NCBI GenBank assembly: GCA_902552475.1
Contig: CACDJC010000003.1
Coordinates: 8,957 to 72,956, forward strand
Direction of reading: 5' to 3'
Source: an uncultured Pelagibacteraceae bacterium
GTDB taxonomy: Bacteria; Pseudomonadota; Alphaproteobacteria; Pelagibacterales; Pelagibacteraceae
Length of the DNA stretch: 64,000 bases
Shown here: positions 37,943 through 47,001 of the stretch, in pieces
Layout of the letters: every line of letters begins with the position of its first letter
Position numbering within the stretch: position 1 is the first letter of the stretch
Program-made: the position numbers and the translations under genes
The notes under the pieces: model-generated
Told to the model about the DNA's origin: nothing
The model's input: the letters and a program-made list of their open reading frames with translations, nothing else
The model's database searches: none

Positions 37943-39403
37943 ATGAAAAATTATGATGTTGTAATTGTTGGTTTGGGACCCACAGGAGGAACATTAGCTA
38001 ATTTAATAGCCTTTGGTGGTTTTTCAGTACTAATTTTAGAAAGAGAAAAAAGCTTTTACCCACTACCAAGAGCAGTTCATTTTGACGATGAAGTTATGAG
38101 AGTTTTTCAAACAATAGGAATTGCTAATGATTTTTTAAAGCACACAATAATCAACAAAGGAACTAAATTTGTTAATTCAAAAGGAAAAATAATTCTTGAT
38201 TGGCCAAGACCAAGAAAGTTAACAGAAAATGGCTGGTATCCAAGCTATAGATTTAATCAACCAGACTTAGAAAGACAGCTTAGAAAAAAACTTAAAAAAT
38301 ATAAAAAAGTTCAAATAAAACAAAATACTGAGGTTCAAACAATTCATAACGTTAAAGATAATGTAAAAATACTTTTCAAAAATATTTTAGATAAAAAAAA
38401 TCATGAAGTTCAAGCAAAATATGTAATTGGTTGTGATGGTGCAAATTCAATAACTAGAAAACAGATTGGAACTAAAATGGATAATTTAGGTTTTACTCAA
38501 AAGTGGGCCGTAGTAGATCTAATATTAAAAAACAAAAATAAAAAATTACCTGATAGAACCATTCAATATTCAAATCCAAAACAACCAGCTACATATTGCA
38601 GAAATGTTGGGAAAAGAAGAAGATGGGAATTTGCTATAAAAAATAATATTAACGAAAAAAAAATATTATCAGAAAAGTATATTTGGAATTTTTTAAAACC
38701 ATGGTTAAAAAAAAATGAAGCTTACTTAGAAAGAAAAACAATTTATACATTTGAATCTGCAATTTCTAGAAAATGGAGAAAAGGAAGAATTTTTATTTCA
38801 GGCGATGCTGCTCATCTTATGCCTCCATTTATGGGCCAAGGCATGTGTGCCGGTATAAGAGATGCTTCAAATTTAGCTTGGAAAATTGCCAAATGTTTAA
38901 AAAACGAACATGATGAAAAGTTGTTGGATACATATCAATCAGAAAGATTTTCAAATGTTAAAGAATATATTGAAACAACAATGAGAATGGGAGAATTTGT
39001 CAATGCCGTTGAATCAATTCAAATTACAGATAACATTACCTCAAGCACAGATGGTTTGAAAAGCATGAAGTCTATAAAACCTAAGTTAGGCGCAGGTTTA
39101 GGAGAAAAAAATGATAAATATAGAGGAAAAATTTTTCCTCAATTTAAGTTAAAAAATGGCAAAAATTTAGATGATAAATTTTCAAAAAAACCAATATTAA
39201 TTTTGTCTTCAAAGATAAAGAAAAAAATCCCTTCTAGAATTAATTTTATAAAATCATTAAATGCCGTTGGTCTTAATGAATATTTAAAAAAATATAATTT
39301 AAAAGCTATTATAATTCGTCCAGATAGATTTGTTTTAGCATCAACTAAATTCGATAAAAAAATAAATTATCTATTAAAGAAGAATTTCTCAGTTTTAGGA
39401 TAA
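37943..39403 (+). CDS. MhpA-like FAD-dependent aromatic hydroxylase
   Basis: GLGPTG, PRAVHFDDEVMR, QPDLE, GCDGANS, GDAAHLMPPFMGQGMCAGIRDASNLAWK, RPDRFV. Confidence 0.88.
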   Translation: MKNYDVVIVGLGPTGGTLANLIAFGGFSVLILEREKSFYPLPRAVHFDDEVMRVFQTIGIANDFLKHTIINKGTKFVNSKGKIILDWPRPRKLTENGWYPSYRFNQPDLERQLRKKLKKYKKVQIKQNTEVQTIHNVKDNVKILFKNILDKKNHEVQAKYVIGCDGANSITRKQIGTKMDNLGFTQKWAVVDLILKNKNKKLPDRTIQYSNPKQPATYCRNVGKRRRWEFAIKNNINEKKILSEKYIWNFLKPWLKKNEAYLERKTIYTFESAISRKWRKGRIFISGDAAHLMPPFMGQGMCAGIRDASNLAWKIAKCLKNEHDEKLLDTYQSERFSNVKEYIETTMRMGEFVNAVESIQITDNITSSTDGLKSMKSIKPKLGAGLGEKNDKYRGKIFPQFKLKNGKNLDDKFSKKPILILSSKIKKKIPSRINFIKSLNAVGLNEYLKKYNLKAIIIRPDRFVLASTKFDKKINYLLKKNFSVLG

Positions 39404-40180
39404 CTGAAATAAATCATTTACTGCTTTGACTTTAGATTGATTATCTGTTGCTAACTCACCATTTGGCATAAACAAAGAGTTTTCAAAACCAACTCTAATT
39501 TTACCCCCTAGATTAATTGCTTTTTTAAGACACTCAATCTCTTCTTTGGCAAAAGCGCAAATAGCCCAATCTAAATTAGCATCATGATCTTTCATTTTTT
39601 TTATAAATGGAGGTATATTTTCTGGATAACTTACCTTTCCGGAGTAATGTCCAATTACAAATAAACACCAAGCTCCTTCAACAGGGATATCTGCTTTTTT
39701 TAATAACTCTACTAATAAATCAATATCTTCTGGATTATATAGTATGTGTTGAATTTTAGTTCCTGCTTCAGTTAGGTATTTATATAGTTTGATATCTTCT
39801 TCATTAGGTTTTCTTGAAGGTATTAGTTCTGAAGTTCCTATTGATGTACCTGGAGGTGTTACATCATATGCGAGTTTGCGCATATCCTCAGGCGAGTATA
39901 TGCCTATTGCTTCTGTTGTAACTTGAATATGTATTTTTGGAACTTGATGCTCCAATTCTTTTAAAGCCTCTTTATAAAGGCCCGCATCCAAAACATGTTT
40001 TCCATTTTCATCTCTTACATGTAAATGTATTGCTCTAGCTCCTGAGTCATAACAACTTTTAGCAACTTCTACAGTTTCTTTTATAGTCAATGGAACTGCA
40101 GGATGATCTTTTTTAATTTTTCTAGCGCCATTTGGTGCTACCATCAATCTAGGTAATTTATCTGGTTTAAAAAAAGGCAT
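39395..40180 (-). CDS. Beta-keto acid cleavage enzyme (BKACE/Kce, DUF849) family
   Basis: MVAPNGAR..K.DHPAVP, IHLHVRD, RVGFENS. Confidence 0.88.
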   Translation of the reverse strand: MPFFKPDKLPRLMVAPNGARKIKKDHPAVPLTIKETVEVAKSCYDSGARAIHLHVRDENGKHVLDAGLYKEALKELEHQVPKIHIQVTTEAIGIYSPEDMRKLAYDVTPPGTSIGTSELIPSRKPNEEDIKLYKYLTEAGTKIQHILYNPEDIDLLVELLKKADIPVEGAWCLFVIGHYSGKVSYPENIPPFIKKMKDHDANLDWAICAFAKEEIECLKKAINLGGKIRVGFENSLFMPNGELATDNQSKVKAVNDLFQLS

Positions 40181-40185
40181 AATAT

Positions 40186-42219
40186 TTATCTAAGTGATGC
40201 AGCTATATTTCCTCCGTCAACAGTAAGAACAGCACCCGTAGTTTTTTTTGATACAGCAAGATGAAAAAATGCTTTTGCAACATCTTCTGCTTTAACTTCA
40301 TTTAAAAGTAAATTTCCTCTCATGTATTCTTCAGTTGAAACTTCTCTAGCTTTTGCTCTAGATTTAATCATTTTGTCATTTAATAAACCACTTCTTATTC
40401 TATCAGCGTTTACACCATTGGATCTAATTCCAAGTGAGCCATAATCAAGAGCATATTGTTTACATAAATTTAATAGAGCTGATTTTGGTAAACCATAAGG
40501 GCCAAAGTTTTTTCCAGGATTTACAGATTGTTTTGAAATGTTAAATAACAAACATCCATTAATATTTTGTTTTTTCATTATTTTAATTGCTTCAGAAGCA
40601 CAATTTTGATGTGAAAAAAAATTATCTTCAAAACTTTGTCTTAGAATTTTATCATCAACTTCCGCAATAGGCCCACCTATGGCAGTTCCAGCATTAGAAA
40701 TTAAAATATCTAATCCTCCATATTTTTCACAAATTAATTCAAAAGCTTTATGCACGCTATTTTTGTTTCTAACATCACAATGAATACATAAATCATTTAC
40801 TTTTGATCGCATTTCTTTAATTTTTTTTAAGTTATAATCCAAAAGTATAACTTCAGCCCCATAGCTTTTGAAAATTTTATAAGTTGCAGAACCAATAGCT
40901 CCAGAGCTACCTGTAATTACTACAACATTTCCCTGAAGTTCCTTTTTAGCTTTTTTAATTTTTGCTTGTTCTAACGACCAGTACTCAACGTCAAAAATAT
41001 CTTTTTCGCGTATAAATTTATATTCTGATGTTTCTTCTACTGAAGATATTACTCTTGCATTAGTTTCAGTAAGGTCTCCTGCAATTTTTGCTGCCACAAA
41101 ACTGTCTCCAACTGTAAACAATCCAACATTTTGAACCAATATAACTCTTGGCGATGTATCTAGCATAATTTTTTTTTCTTTAGCTTTTTTTTTATTTTTA
41201 TTGAAATAACTGATGTATTTTTTTCTATAATTTTTAAAGGCACTTTCTGCTGTAAATTTAAAATCTTCAATTGATGAATTTGGTTTAGGAGTTATTACCA
41301 ATGGAAAAGGCTTAACTCTAATTACATGATCGGGTGTAGCAGTTCCTTTTGAAGAATAATTTTTAACATCTTTTCCATTAATAAAGTATTTTAAATCTTT
41401 ATTAGTTCTATAACTTACAATGAATTTTTTATCTTTATTTTCTGATAACAATCCTCTTAGAACAGGAGCTATTTCATTAGGTTTAAATTTTGTTTTATAA
41501 TTTTTAATCTGTTTTATTTTCTTTATTTTAAGCTTTTTTATTTCTTTTTCTGCTTTAGAAACATATTTTATCATTAAATCATAAGATTTTTTTGCATCAT
41601 TTGCGAAGGTAAAAATTCCATGATTTAATAAAATTAAACATTCAATATTTGGATTTGACGAGTAAACTTCATTAATTTTTTTTGCTAAACCAAATCCCGG
41701 CATTACATAAGGAACAATGCTGACTTTTTTTCCAAAAATTTTTTTACAAAAATTTAGACCATTGGGTCTATTAGTTATATTCATTATTGCATCGGAATGA
41801 GTATGGTCTACAAATTTAAATGGAAGGAATGCATGTAAAAATGTTTCGACCGAAGGATTTGGAGATTTAATATCTAGTAAATTTCTTTTTTGATAAGCAA
41901 CCATATCTTCATCAGAAAGATTTTTTTTATTTTTTAATGCTAACAGAGGTTGTAATTTTACTGCTGGTAGACCTTCGGGTTCTATTTCTGCCATATCCCA
42001 ACCACTTCCTTTTACACATAAAACTTCATACGTTTTTCCATCCAAGTCTTTTATTTTAGTTTTGACAGAAGTATTCCCGCCACCGTGAAGAACTAGCTCG
42101 CTATTTCTGCCTAATAATCTTGTTGTATAAACCCTTAGGGCCATATCTTTAGAATGACCAATCTTTTTATAATTATTGATATATTTTTTAGCTTCTGAAC
42201 TTGACCAGTTATTTTTCAA
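40186..42219 (-). CDS. Bifunctional class II aldolase / short-chain dehydrogenase (RhaEW/YuxG-like)
   Basis: GGGNTSVK, KGSGWD, PSVETFLH, DHTH, LLNHG, TPDHV, EYWSLEQAK; SDR TGSSGAIG, NAG, YGLPK, VDGG. Confidence 0.9.
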   Translation of the reverse strand: MKNNWSSSEAKKYINNYKKIGHSKDMALRVYTTRLLGRNSELVLHGGGNTSVKTKIKDLDGKTYEVLCVKGSGWDMAEIEPEGLPAVKLQPLLALKNKKNLSDEDMVAYQKRNLLDIKSPNPSVETFLHAFLPFKFVDHTHSDAIMNITNRPNGLNFCKKIFGKKVSIVPYVMPGFGLAKKINEVYSSNPNIECLILLNHGIFTFANDAKKSYDLMIKYVSKAEKEIKKLKIKKIKQIKNYKTKFKPNEIAPVLRGLLSENKDKKFIVSYRTNKDLKYFINGKDVKNYSSKGTATPDHVIRVKPFPLVITPKPNSSIEDFKFTAESAFKNYRKKYISYFNKNKKKAKEKKIMLDTSPRVILVQNVGLFTVGDSFVAAKIAGDLTETNARVISSVEETSEYKFIREKDIFDVEYWSLEQAKIKKAKKELQGNVVVITGSSGAIGSATYKIFKSYGAEVILLDYNLKKIKEMRSKVNDLCIHCDVRNKNSVHKAFELICEKYGGLDILISNAGTAIGGPIAEVDDKILRQSFEDNFFSHQNCASEAIKIMKKQNINGCLLFNISKQSVNPGKNFGPYGLPKSALLNLCKQYALDYGSLGIRSNGVNADRIRSGLLNDKMIKSRAKAREVSTEEYMRGNLLLNEVKAEDVAKAFFHLAVSKKTTGAVLTVDGGNIAASLR

Positions 42220-42307
42220 AGTTTTATCCTCAACAAATTATTATATTAGTTTTTTATTTGAAAGAAGAGGAAAAATTTGATTATTTGAATATTAAGGAGA
42301 ATCTTTA

Positions 42308-43348
42308 ATGACTAAAGTAGGCGAACATATAACACTTGATATTGTTGGAACTACTAAAGAATATAGTCCAGAATTTTATGAAAAATTAGTTTATAAAATT
42401 GCTAAGTTAGCAAAAGTAACCGTTCTAGAAATTTCAAAATATAAGTTTGAGCCACAAGGTTTTACTTTGGTGGCTTTATTAGCAGAAAGTCATATTAGTT
42501 TTCACACGTTTCCTGAAAACGGAATTATAAGCTTTGATTTTTTTACATGCGCTAAAGTTTCACCTTCAGTTGCTATAGATGTAATCAAAAATGAAATAGA
42601 ACATTCATATATAATAAAAAAAGAATTCAATAGAGATACTATAGATTTGTATCATGATAATTATAGCTCTCCAGGTTTGCGTAAATCTTATGTTGTAAAT
42701 AAAGTTTTAGAAAATTTTAAATCAAAAGCTGGCCAATTTATAGAAATACTAGAACTTGAACAATTTGGAAAATCTCTTTTTATTGATAATGAGATTCAGG
42801 TAGCTGAAACAGACGAACATTTATATAGTTCTACTTTTGTAAATTCAGGATTGAAATTAAATCCAAAAAAAGAAAAAGCAGCAATCATTGGAGGAGGGGA
42901 TGGGGGTGTGGCTAGAGAATGTATTTCTCAAAATTTTGGTTTTATTGACTGGTATGAATTGGACCCAGAAGTTGTTGAAGTATGCGACAAGCATTTAAGT
43001 AAAATTGGAGAAAAAGCATCTGAAAAAAATTCTGTAAAGTGTGTTTGGGGTGATGCTTTTGAAAGTATAAAATCAGTTAAAGATGACACCTATGATCAAA
43101 TTTATGTTGATTTGAACGATGACCAATTCTGTATAGATCTAGCTGCAAAAAACATGGACTCACTTGTGAGAATTCTTAAACCAAAAGGAGTTATTACTGC
43201 ACAAGTAGGAAGCCAAGATAAAAAACCAAAACAGGTTGAAAAATGGATGAACGTATTTAACCAAAGTTTTGGAAATACAAATTTATCAAGAGTTTATATA
43301 CCTAGCTTTGATTGTTCTTGGAATTTTTCATCATCTATTAATCATTAA
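42308..43348 (+). CDS. speDE: S-adenosylmethionine decarboxylase-spermidine synthase fusion
   Basis: N-terminal FEPQG..LLAESHISFHT.PE..DFFTC (pyruvoyl ES site); C-terminal GGGDGG, ELDPEVV, GDAF; SD AAGGAG. Confidence 0.9.
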   Translation: MTKVGEHITLDIVGTTKEYSPEFYEKLVYKIAKLAKVTVLEISKYKFEPQGFTLVALLAESHISFHTFPENGIISFDFFTCAKVSPSVAIDVIKNEIEHSYIIKKEFNRDTIDLYHDNYSSPGLRKSYVVNKVLENFKSKAGQFIEILELEQFGKSLFIDNEIQVAETDEHLYSSTFVNSGLKLNPKKEKAAIIGGGDGGVARECISQNFGFIDWYELDPEVVEVCDKHLSKIGEKASEKNSVKCVWGDAFESIKSVKDDTYDQIYVDLNDDQFCIDLAAKNMDSLVRILKPKGVITAQVGSQDKKPKQVEKWMNVFNQSFGNTNLSRVYIPSFDCSWNFSSSINH

Positions 43349-43405
43349 TTTCTTTTTAAATCTCATTTTTTGTGAAATAATATTTTTTTTATTTTAGGAG
43401 GGAAA

Positions 43406-44233
43406 ATGAATAAATTAAAAAAATTTGGATTGGGATTAGTTGTATCTCTTTTCTTATCATTTACTGCAAACGCAGGTTCTATTAAAATTGGAACAGAAGG
43501 AGCTTATCCTCCTTGGAATTCTAAAGATGCTTCAGGAAATTTAATTGGCTTTGAAGTTGAACTTGCAAATGCTTTATGTGAAATAATGAAACATAATTGT
43601 ACAATTGTGGAGCAAGACTGGGATGGAATGATACCAGCTTTAACTTCAAAAAAATTTGATGCAATAATGGCTGGAATGTCAATTACTGACGAGAGAAAGA
43701 AAACTATAAACTTTTCTCAAGGTTATGCAGATGAAGTAGCTTCGTTAGCTGTAATGAAAGGTTCTAGTTTAGAAAACTTAGATACACCAGAAGGCATAAA
43801 CTTATCGATTGGTGGATCAGAAGTTACAAAAGCACTTAAAACACTCACTGGTGCTTTAGCAGGAAAAACTGTATGTGTTCAAACTGCTACAATTCATCAA
43901 AACTTTTTAGACTCAGGTGATGTTGGAAAAGTAAAAGTAAGAACTTACAAAACACAAGACGAAGTTAACTTAGATTTAACTTCAGGTAGATGTGATGCTG
44001 CTCTTGCTGCTGCAGTTTCTTTTACAGATTATGCTGAAAAATCTGGTAAAGCTGTAGTATTAACTGGACCTACATTTTCTGGAGGTGCATTTGGAAATGG
44101 TGTTGGTGTAGGAATTAGAAAAGGAGACTCTAAACTTCTTAATGATTTCAATGCTGCTATTGACAAAGCTAGAGACGATGGAACTATTAGCAAACTTGCT
44201 ATTAAATGGTTCGGTTTTGACGCTTCAATGTAA
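43406..44233 (+). CDS. Polar/basic amino acid ABC transporter substrate-binding protein (OccT/ArgT-like)
   Basis: SD AGGAGG, signal peptide, GTEGAYPPWN, QDWDGMIPAL, MSITDERKK. Confidence 0.9.
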   Translation: MNKLKKFGLGLVVSLFLSFTANAGSIKIGTEGAYPPWNSKDASGNLIGFEVELANALCEIMKHNCTIVEQDWDGMIPALTSKKFDAIMAGMSITDERKKTINFSQGYADEVASLAVMKGSSLENLDTPEGINLSIGGSEVTKALKTLTGALAGKTVCVQTATIHQNFLDSGDVGKVKVRTYKTQDEVNLDLTSGRCDAALAAAVSFTDYAEKSGKAVVLTGPTFSGGAFGNGVGVGIRKGDSKLLNDFNAAIDKARDDGTISKLAIKWFGFDASM

Positions 44234-44245
44234 TTAATTTAAGAT

Positions 44246-44272
44246 TTGGCGACTATAATGTATAGTCGCCAA
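44246..44272 (+). terminator. Stem-loop between binding-protein and permease genes
   Basis: TTGGCGACTATA-atg-TATAGTCGCCAA, 12-bp perfect stem ending 5 nt before the next ATG; no long T-tract. Confidence 0.6.
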
Positions 44273-44277
44273 TCTAT

Positions 44278-44970
44278 ATGGAACTTCTCGCATTTGGAAA
44301 TACTGGTTGGGGAGATGAATTATTTTACGCAACATTAATGACTTTGGCCGTATCTATTACGGCAATGATTATCGGTTTCTTTTTTGCTTTAATTTTTACT
44401 CCGTTAAAATTATCTAAACATAAATCATTAAATTTAATTGGAAATTTTTACACTACTGTAGTCAGAGGTGTTCCAGAACTTTTAATAATTTATCTTTTAT
44501 TTTTTGGTGGTAGTGGTGCCATAATGTATGTTGCTTCTATATTTGGATATAACAAATACATAGAAATTAATGCTTTTATAACAGGCGCATTTTCAATTGG
44601 TATTATATCTGGCGCCTATTCTACTGAGGTTTTTAGAGGAGCAATTCAATCAATAGACAAAGGTCAGTTTGAAGCTTCAAACGTTTTAGGAATAAAAAAG
44701 CATATACAATTTTATAAAATTATTTTACCTCAAATGTTGAGATTGGCTTTACCTAATTTAAGTAATGTTTGGCAGATAACTTTGAAAGATACTTCACTTA
44801 TTTCAGTTACAGGTTTAGTTGAAATTATGAGACAGTCCTATATTGCAGCTGGATCAACAAGAGATCCTTTATTTTTCTATTCATTTGCAGCAGTTTTATA
44901 TTTGCTACTTACTTTTTTCAGCATGAAAATAATTAATAAATTAGAAATAAAATACAGTAGAGGTTATTGA
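44278..44970 (+). CDS. Amino acid ABC permease (OccQ/HisQ-like)
   Basis: RGVPEL, AYSTEVFRGA, GQFEA, LKDTSL. Confidence 0.9.
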   Translation: MELLAFGNTGWGDELFYATLMTLAVSITAMIIGFFFALIFTPLKLSKHKSLNLIGNFYTTVVRGVPELLIIYLLFFGGSGAIMYVASIFGYNKYIEINAFITGAFSIGIISGAYSTEVFRGAIQSIDKGQFEASNVLGIKKHIQFYKIILPQMLRLALPNLSNVWQITLKDTSLISVTGLVEIMRQSYIAAGSTRDPLFFYSFAAVLYLLLTFFSMKIINKLEIKYSRGY

Positions 44971-45644
44971 TGGATTTAGAATTAATGACAAATAGTTTTC
45001 CAAAGTTGCTTAATGCAACTTTGATTACCTTAAAACTTTTGTCTGCATCTTTATTAATTGGGTTATTTATTGGTCTTTTTTTTGCAATATTAAGAATGAA
45101 TAAAAATTCATTTATAAATAAATTTGCTTATGGTTATTCTTATGTTTTTAGAGGAACACCTTTATTAGTTCAAATTTTTATTATTTATTTTGGATTAGGA
45201 CAAATTGAATATTTAAGATCAACTTTTTTATGGATAGTATTAAAAGAGCCATATTGGTGTGCAATTATAGCTTTCTCCTTAAATACTGGTGCATATACAT
45301 CTGAAATTTTAAGATCAGCATTTCAAACTATCAAACCTGGATTTATTGAAGCTGGTAAAAGCTTAGGTTTACCTAGAAAGGTTATTTTTTATAAAATTCA
45401 AATCCCTATAGCCATCAAACAATCTTTGCCTGCTTATGGTAATGAAATAATTTTAATGCTTAAAGGAACTTCTTTAGCTAGTACTGTAACTTTGATGGAT
45501 TTAACAGGTGTTGCAAAATATATAATTTCAACAACATTTAAACCTGTAGAGGTATTTATCGTTGCTGGAGGAATATATTTATTTATGACATTTGTCATAC
45601 ATAATTTAATAAAATATTTGGAAAAGAAATTTAGTTATCAGTAA
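44967..45644 (+). CDS. Amino acid ABC permease (OccM/HisM-like)
   Basis: FRGTPLLVQ, AYTSEILR, LKGTSLAS. Confidence 0.9.
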   Translation: MMDLELMTNSFPKLLNATLITLKLLSASLLIGLFIGLFFAILRMNKNSFINKFAYGYSYVFRGTPLLVQIFIIYFGLGQIEYLRSTFLWIVLKEPYWCAIIAFSLNTGAYTSEILRSAFQTIKPGFIEAGKSLGLPRKVIFYKIQIPIAIKQSLPAYGNEIILMLKGTSLASTVTLMDLTGVAKYIISTTFKPVEVFIVAGGIYLFMTFVIHNLIKYLEKKFSYQ

Positions 45645-46027
45645 TTAGTATATTCCTTAATTTCCTTAATTTTTGATCCAGTAAGATTATTTATTTCTAA
45701 TTTAATTTTTGCTCTCTCATCATTTAGAAAATGCACATCCCTAGATAGCTTTATAAACTTTTCACCAAAATCAGAGTTTTTTTCACATTTTCTTTTATCG
45801 TCTTCAATTACCCAAAGTTTAGAGTTGATTCCCTTTAATGATTGAAAAAGTTCCTCTAATTTTTTATCTGATTTTACATTTTTATTCACTTGTTCTTTTA
45901 AAACATTGTATTCATCATTAATAAAATTAAGTTTCGCCTCATCTTTAATTTTGTCTTTTTTGATTTCCAAAATTGATATTTTATCTAAAAGTTCACCAAC
46001 AGATACTTCAACTAGAATTTTGTTCAT
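45638..46027 (-). CDS. Conserved hypothetical protein (DUF6165-like)
   Basis: VSVGELLDKISILEIK...LWVIEDDKR..E...NDERAKIK.EIN..GS...EIK. Confidence 0.7.
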   Translation of the reverse strand: MNKILVEVSVGELLDKISILEIKKDKIKDEAKLNFINDEYNVLKEQVNKNVKSDKKLEELFQSLKGINSKLWVIEDDKRKCEKNSDFGEKFIKLSRDVHFLNDERAKIKLEINNLTGSKIKEIKEYTNY

Positions 46028-46059
46028 AAAAATTTATAGTATGTTAAATTGTTAAAAAT

Positions 46060-47001
46060 ATGTCCAATATATTAATAATTAAACATGGTTCATTAGGTGA
46101 TATAGCCCAAGCTAGTGGTGCAATTCAAGATATATGTGAAAATCATAATGCTGATCAAATTTTTATCCTAACAACAAAACCTTACGTTAATCTTTTTAAA
46201 AAAAATCCGTTCATAAAGGACGTAATTTTAGATAAAAGACTATCTAGATTTAATCTAATCTACCTTTATACTCTCATGAGAGTTATAAAAAAATATAATT
46301 TTGTAAAAGTTTACGATCTTCAAAATTCAAGCAGAACGTCTTTTTATAAGAAAATTTTATTTCCCAACGCAGGCCTAAATATTTGGTCGTCATCAGAAAC
46401 GACACTACCTTCAGATAAAACAAAAGAAGAATTTGATAAAAAACCTGTACTTGAAAGATTTGAACATCAACTTAAATCTTGTGATTTAAAAACATCTAAA
46501 ACAATGTCACCTGATTTTTCTTGGAGTTGTTCTGATATAGGTAATATTAAATCTAATTACAAACTAGATAAATATATTATTTTATTTCCATTTTGTTCAC
46601 CGCATTTAGAAATAAAAAAATGGCCTTATTACAATGAACTTATTGATAAAATAAAAAATAAGTATCAAGACTATTATAAAATTGTTGTAGTGCCAGGACC
46701 TGACGAAATTAATAAAGCTGAAAAATTAAATTGTTTATGTGTTTTAAATAATGGAAAATCATTAGATATTTCTCAATTATCTTCAATGATTAATCAAAGC
46801 TCATTCGTAATATCAAATGACACTGGTCCTGCACACATGGCAGCACATTTAAATGCAAAAGGTTTAGTTTTATTTGGATCTCATACAACAGCATATAAAG
46901 TAAGTATTGAAAGAGAAAATTTTAAAGCAATACAAGTTACTGACTTAAAAAACCTCTCTCCAGATAAAGTTTTTGAATATTTTCTCAAATCTATACATTG
47001 A
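46060..47001 (+). CDS. Glycosyltransferase family 9 (heptosyltransferase-like)
   Basis: IKHGSLGD, YDLQ, KKWP, SNDTGPAHMAA. Confidence 0.88.
   Translation: MSNILIIKHGSLGDIAQASGAIQDICENHNADQIFILTTKPYVNLFKKNPFIKDVILDKRLSRFNLIYLYTLMRVIKKYNFVKVYDLQNSSRTSFYKKILFPNAGLNIWSSSETTLPSDKTKEEFDKKPVLERFEHQLKSCDLKTSKTMSPDFSWSCSDIGNIKSNYKLDKYIILFPFCSPHLEIKKWPYYNELIDKIKNKYQDYYKIVVVPGPDEINKAEKLNCLCVLNNGKSLDISQLSSMINQSSFVISNDTGPAHMAAHLNAKGLVLFGSHTTAYKVSIERENFKAIQVTDLKNLSPDKVFEYFLKSIH

Noticed and set aside
40186-42219. Rhamnose catabolism as the role of the aldolase/SDR fusion
   Set aside because: No rhamnose isomerase, kinase, mutarotase or sugar transporter in the window; not excluded if these lie elsewhere.
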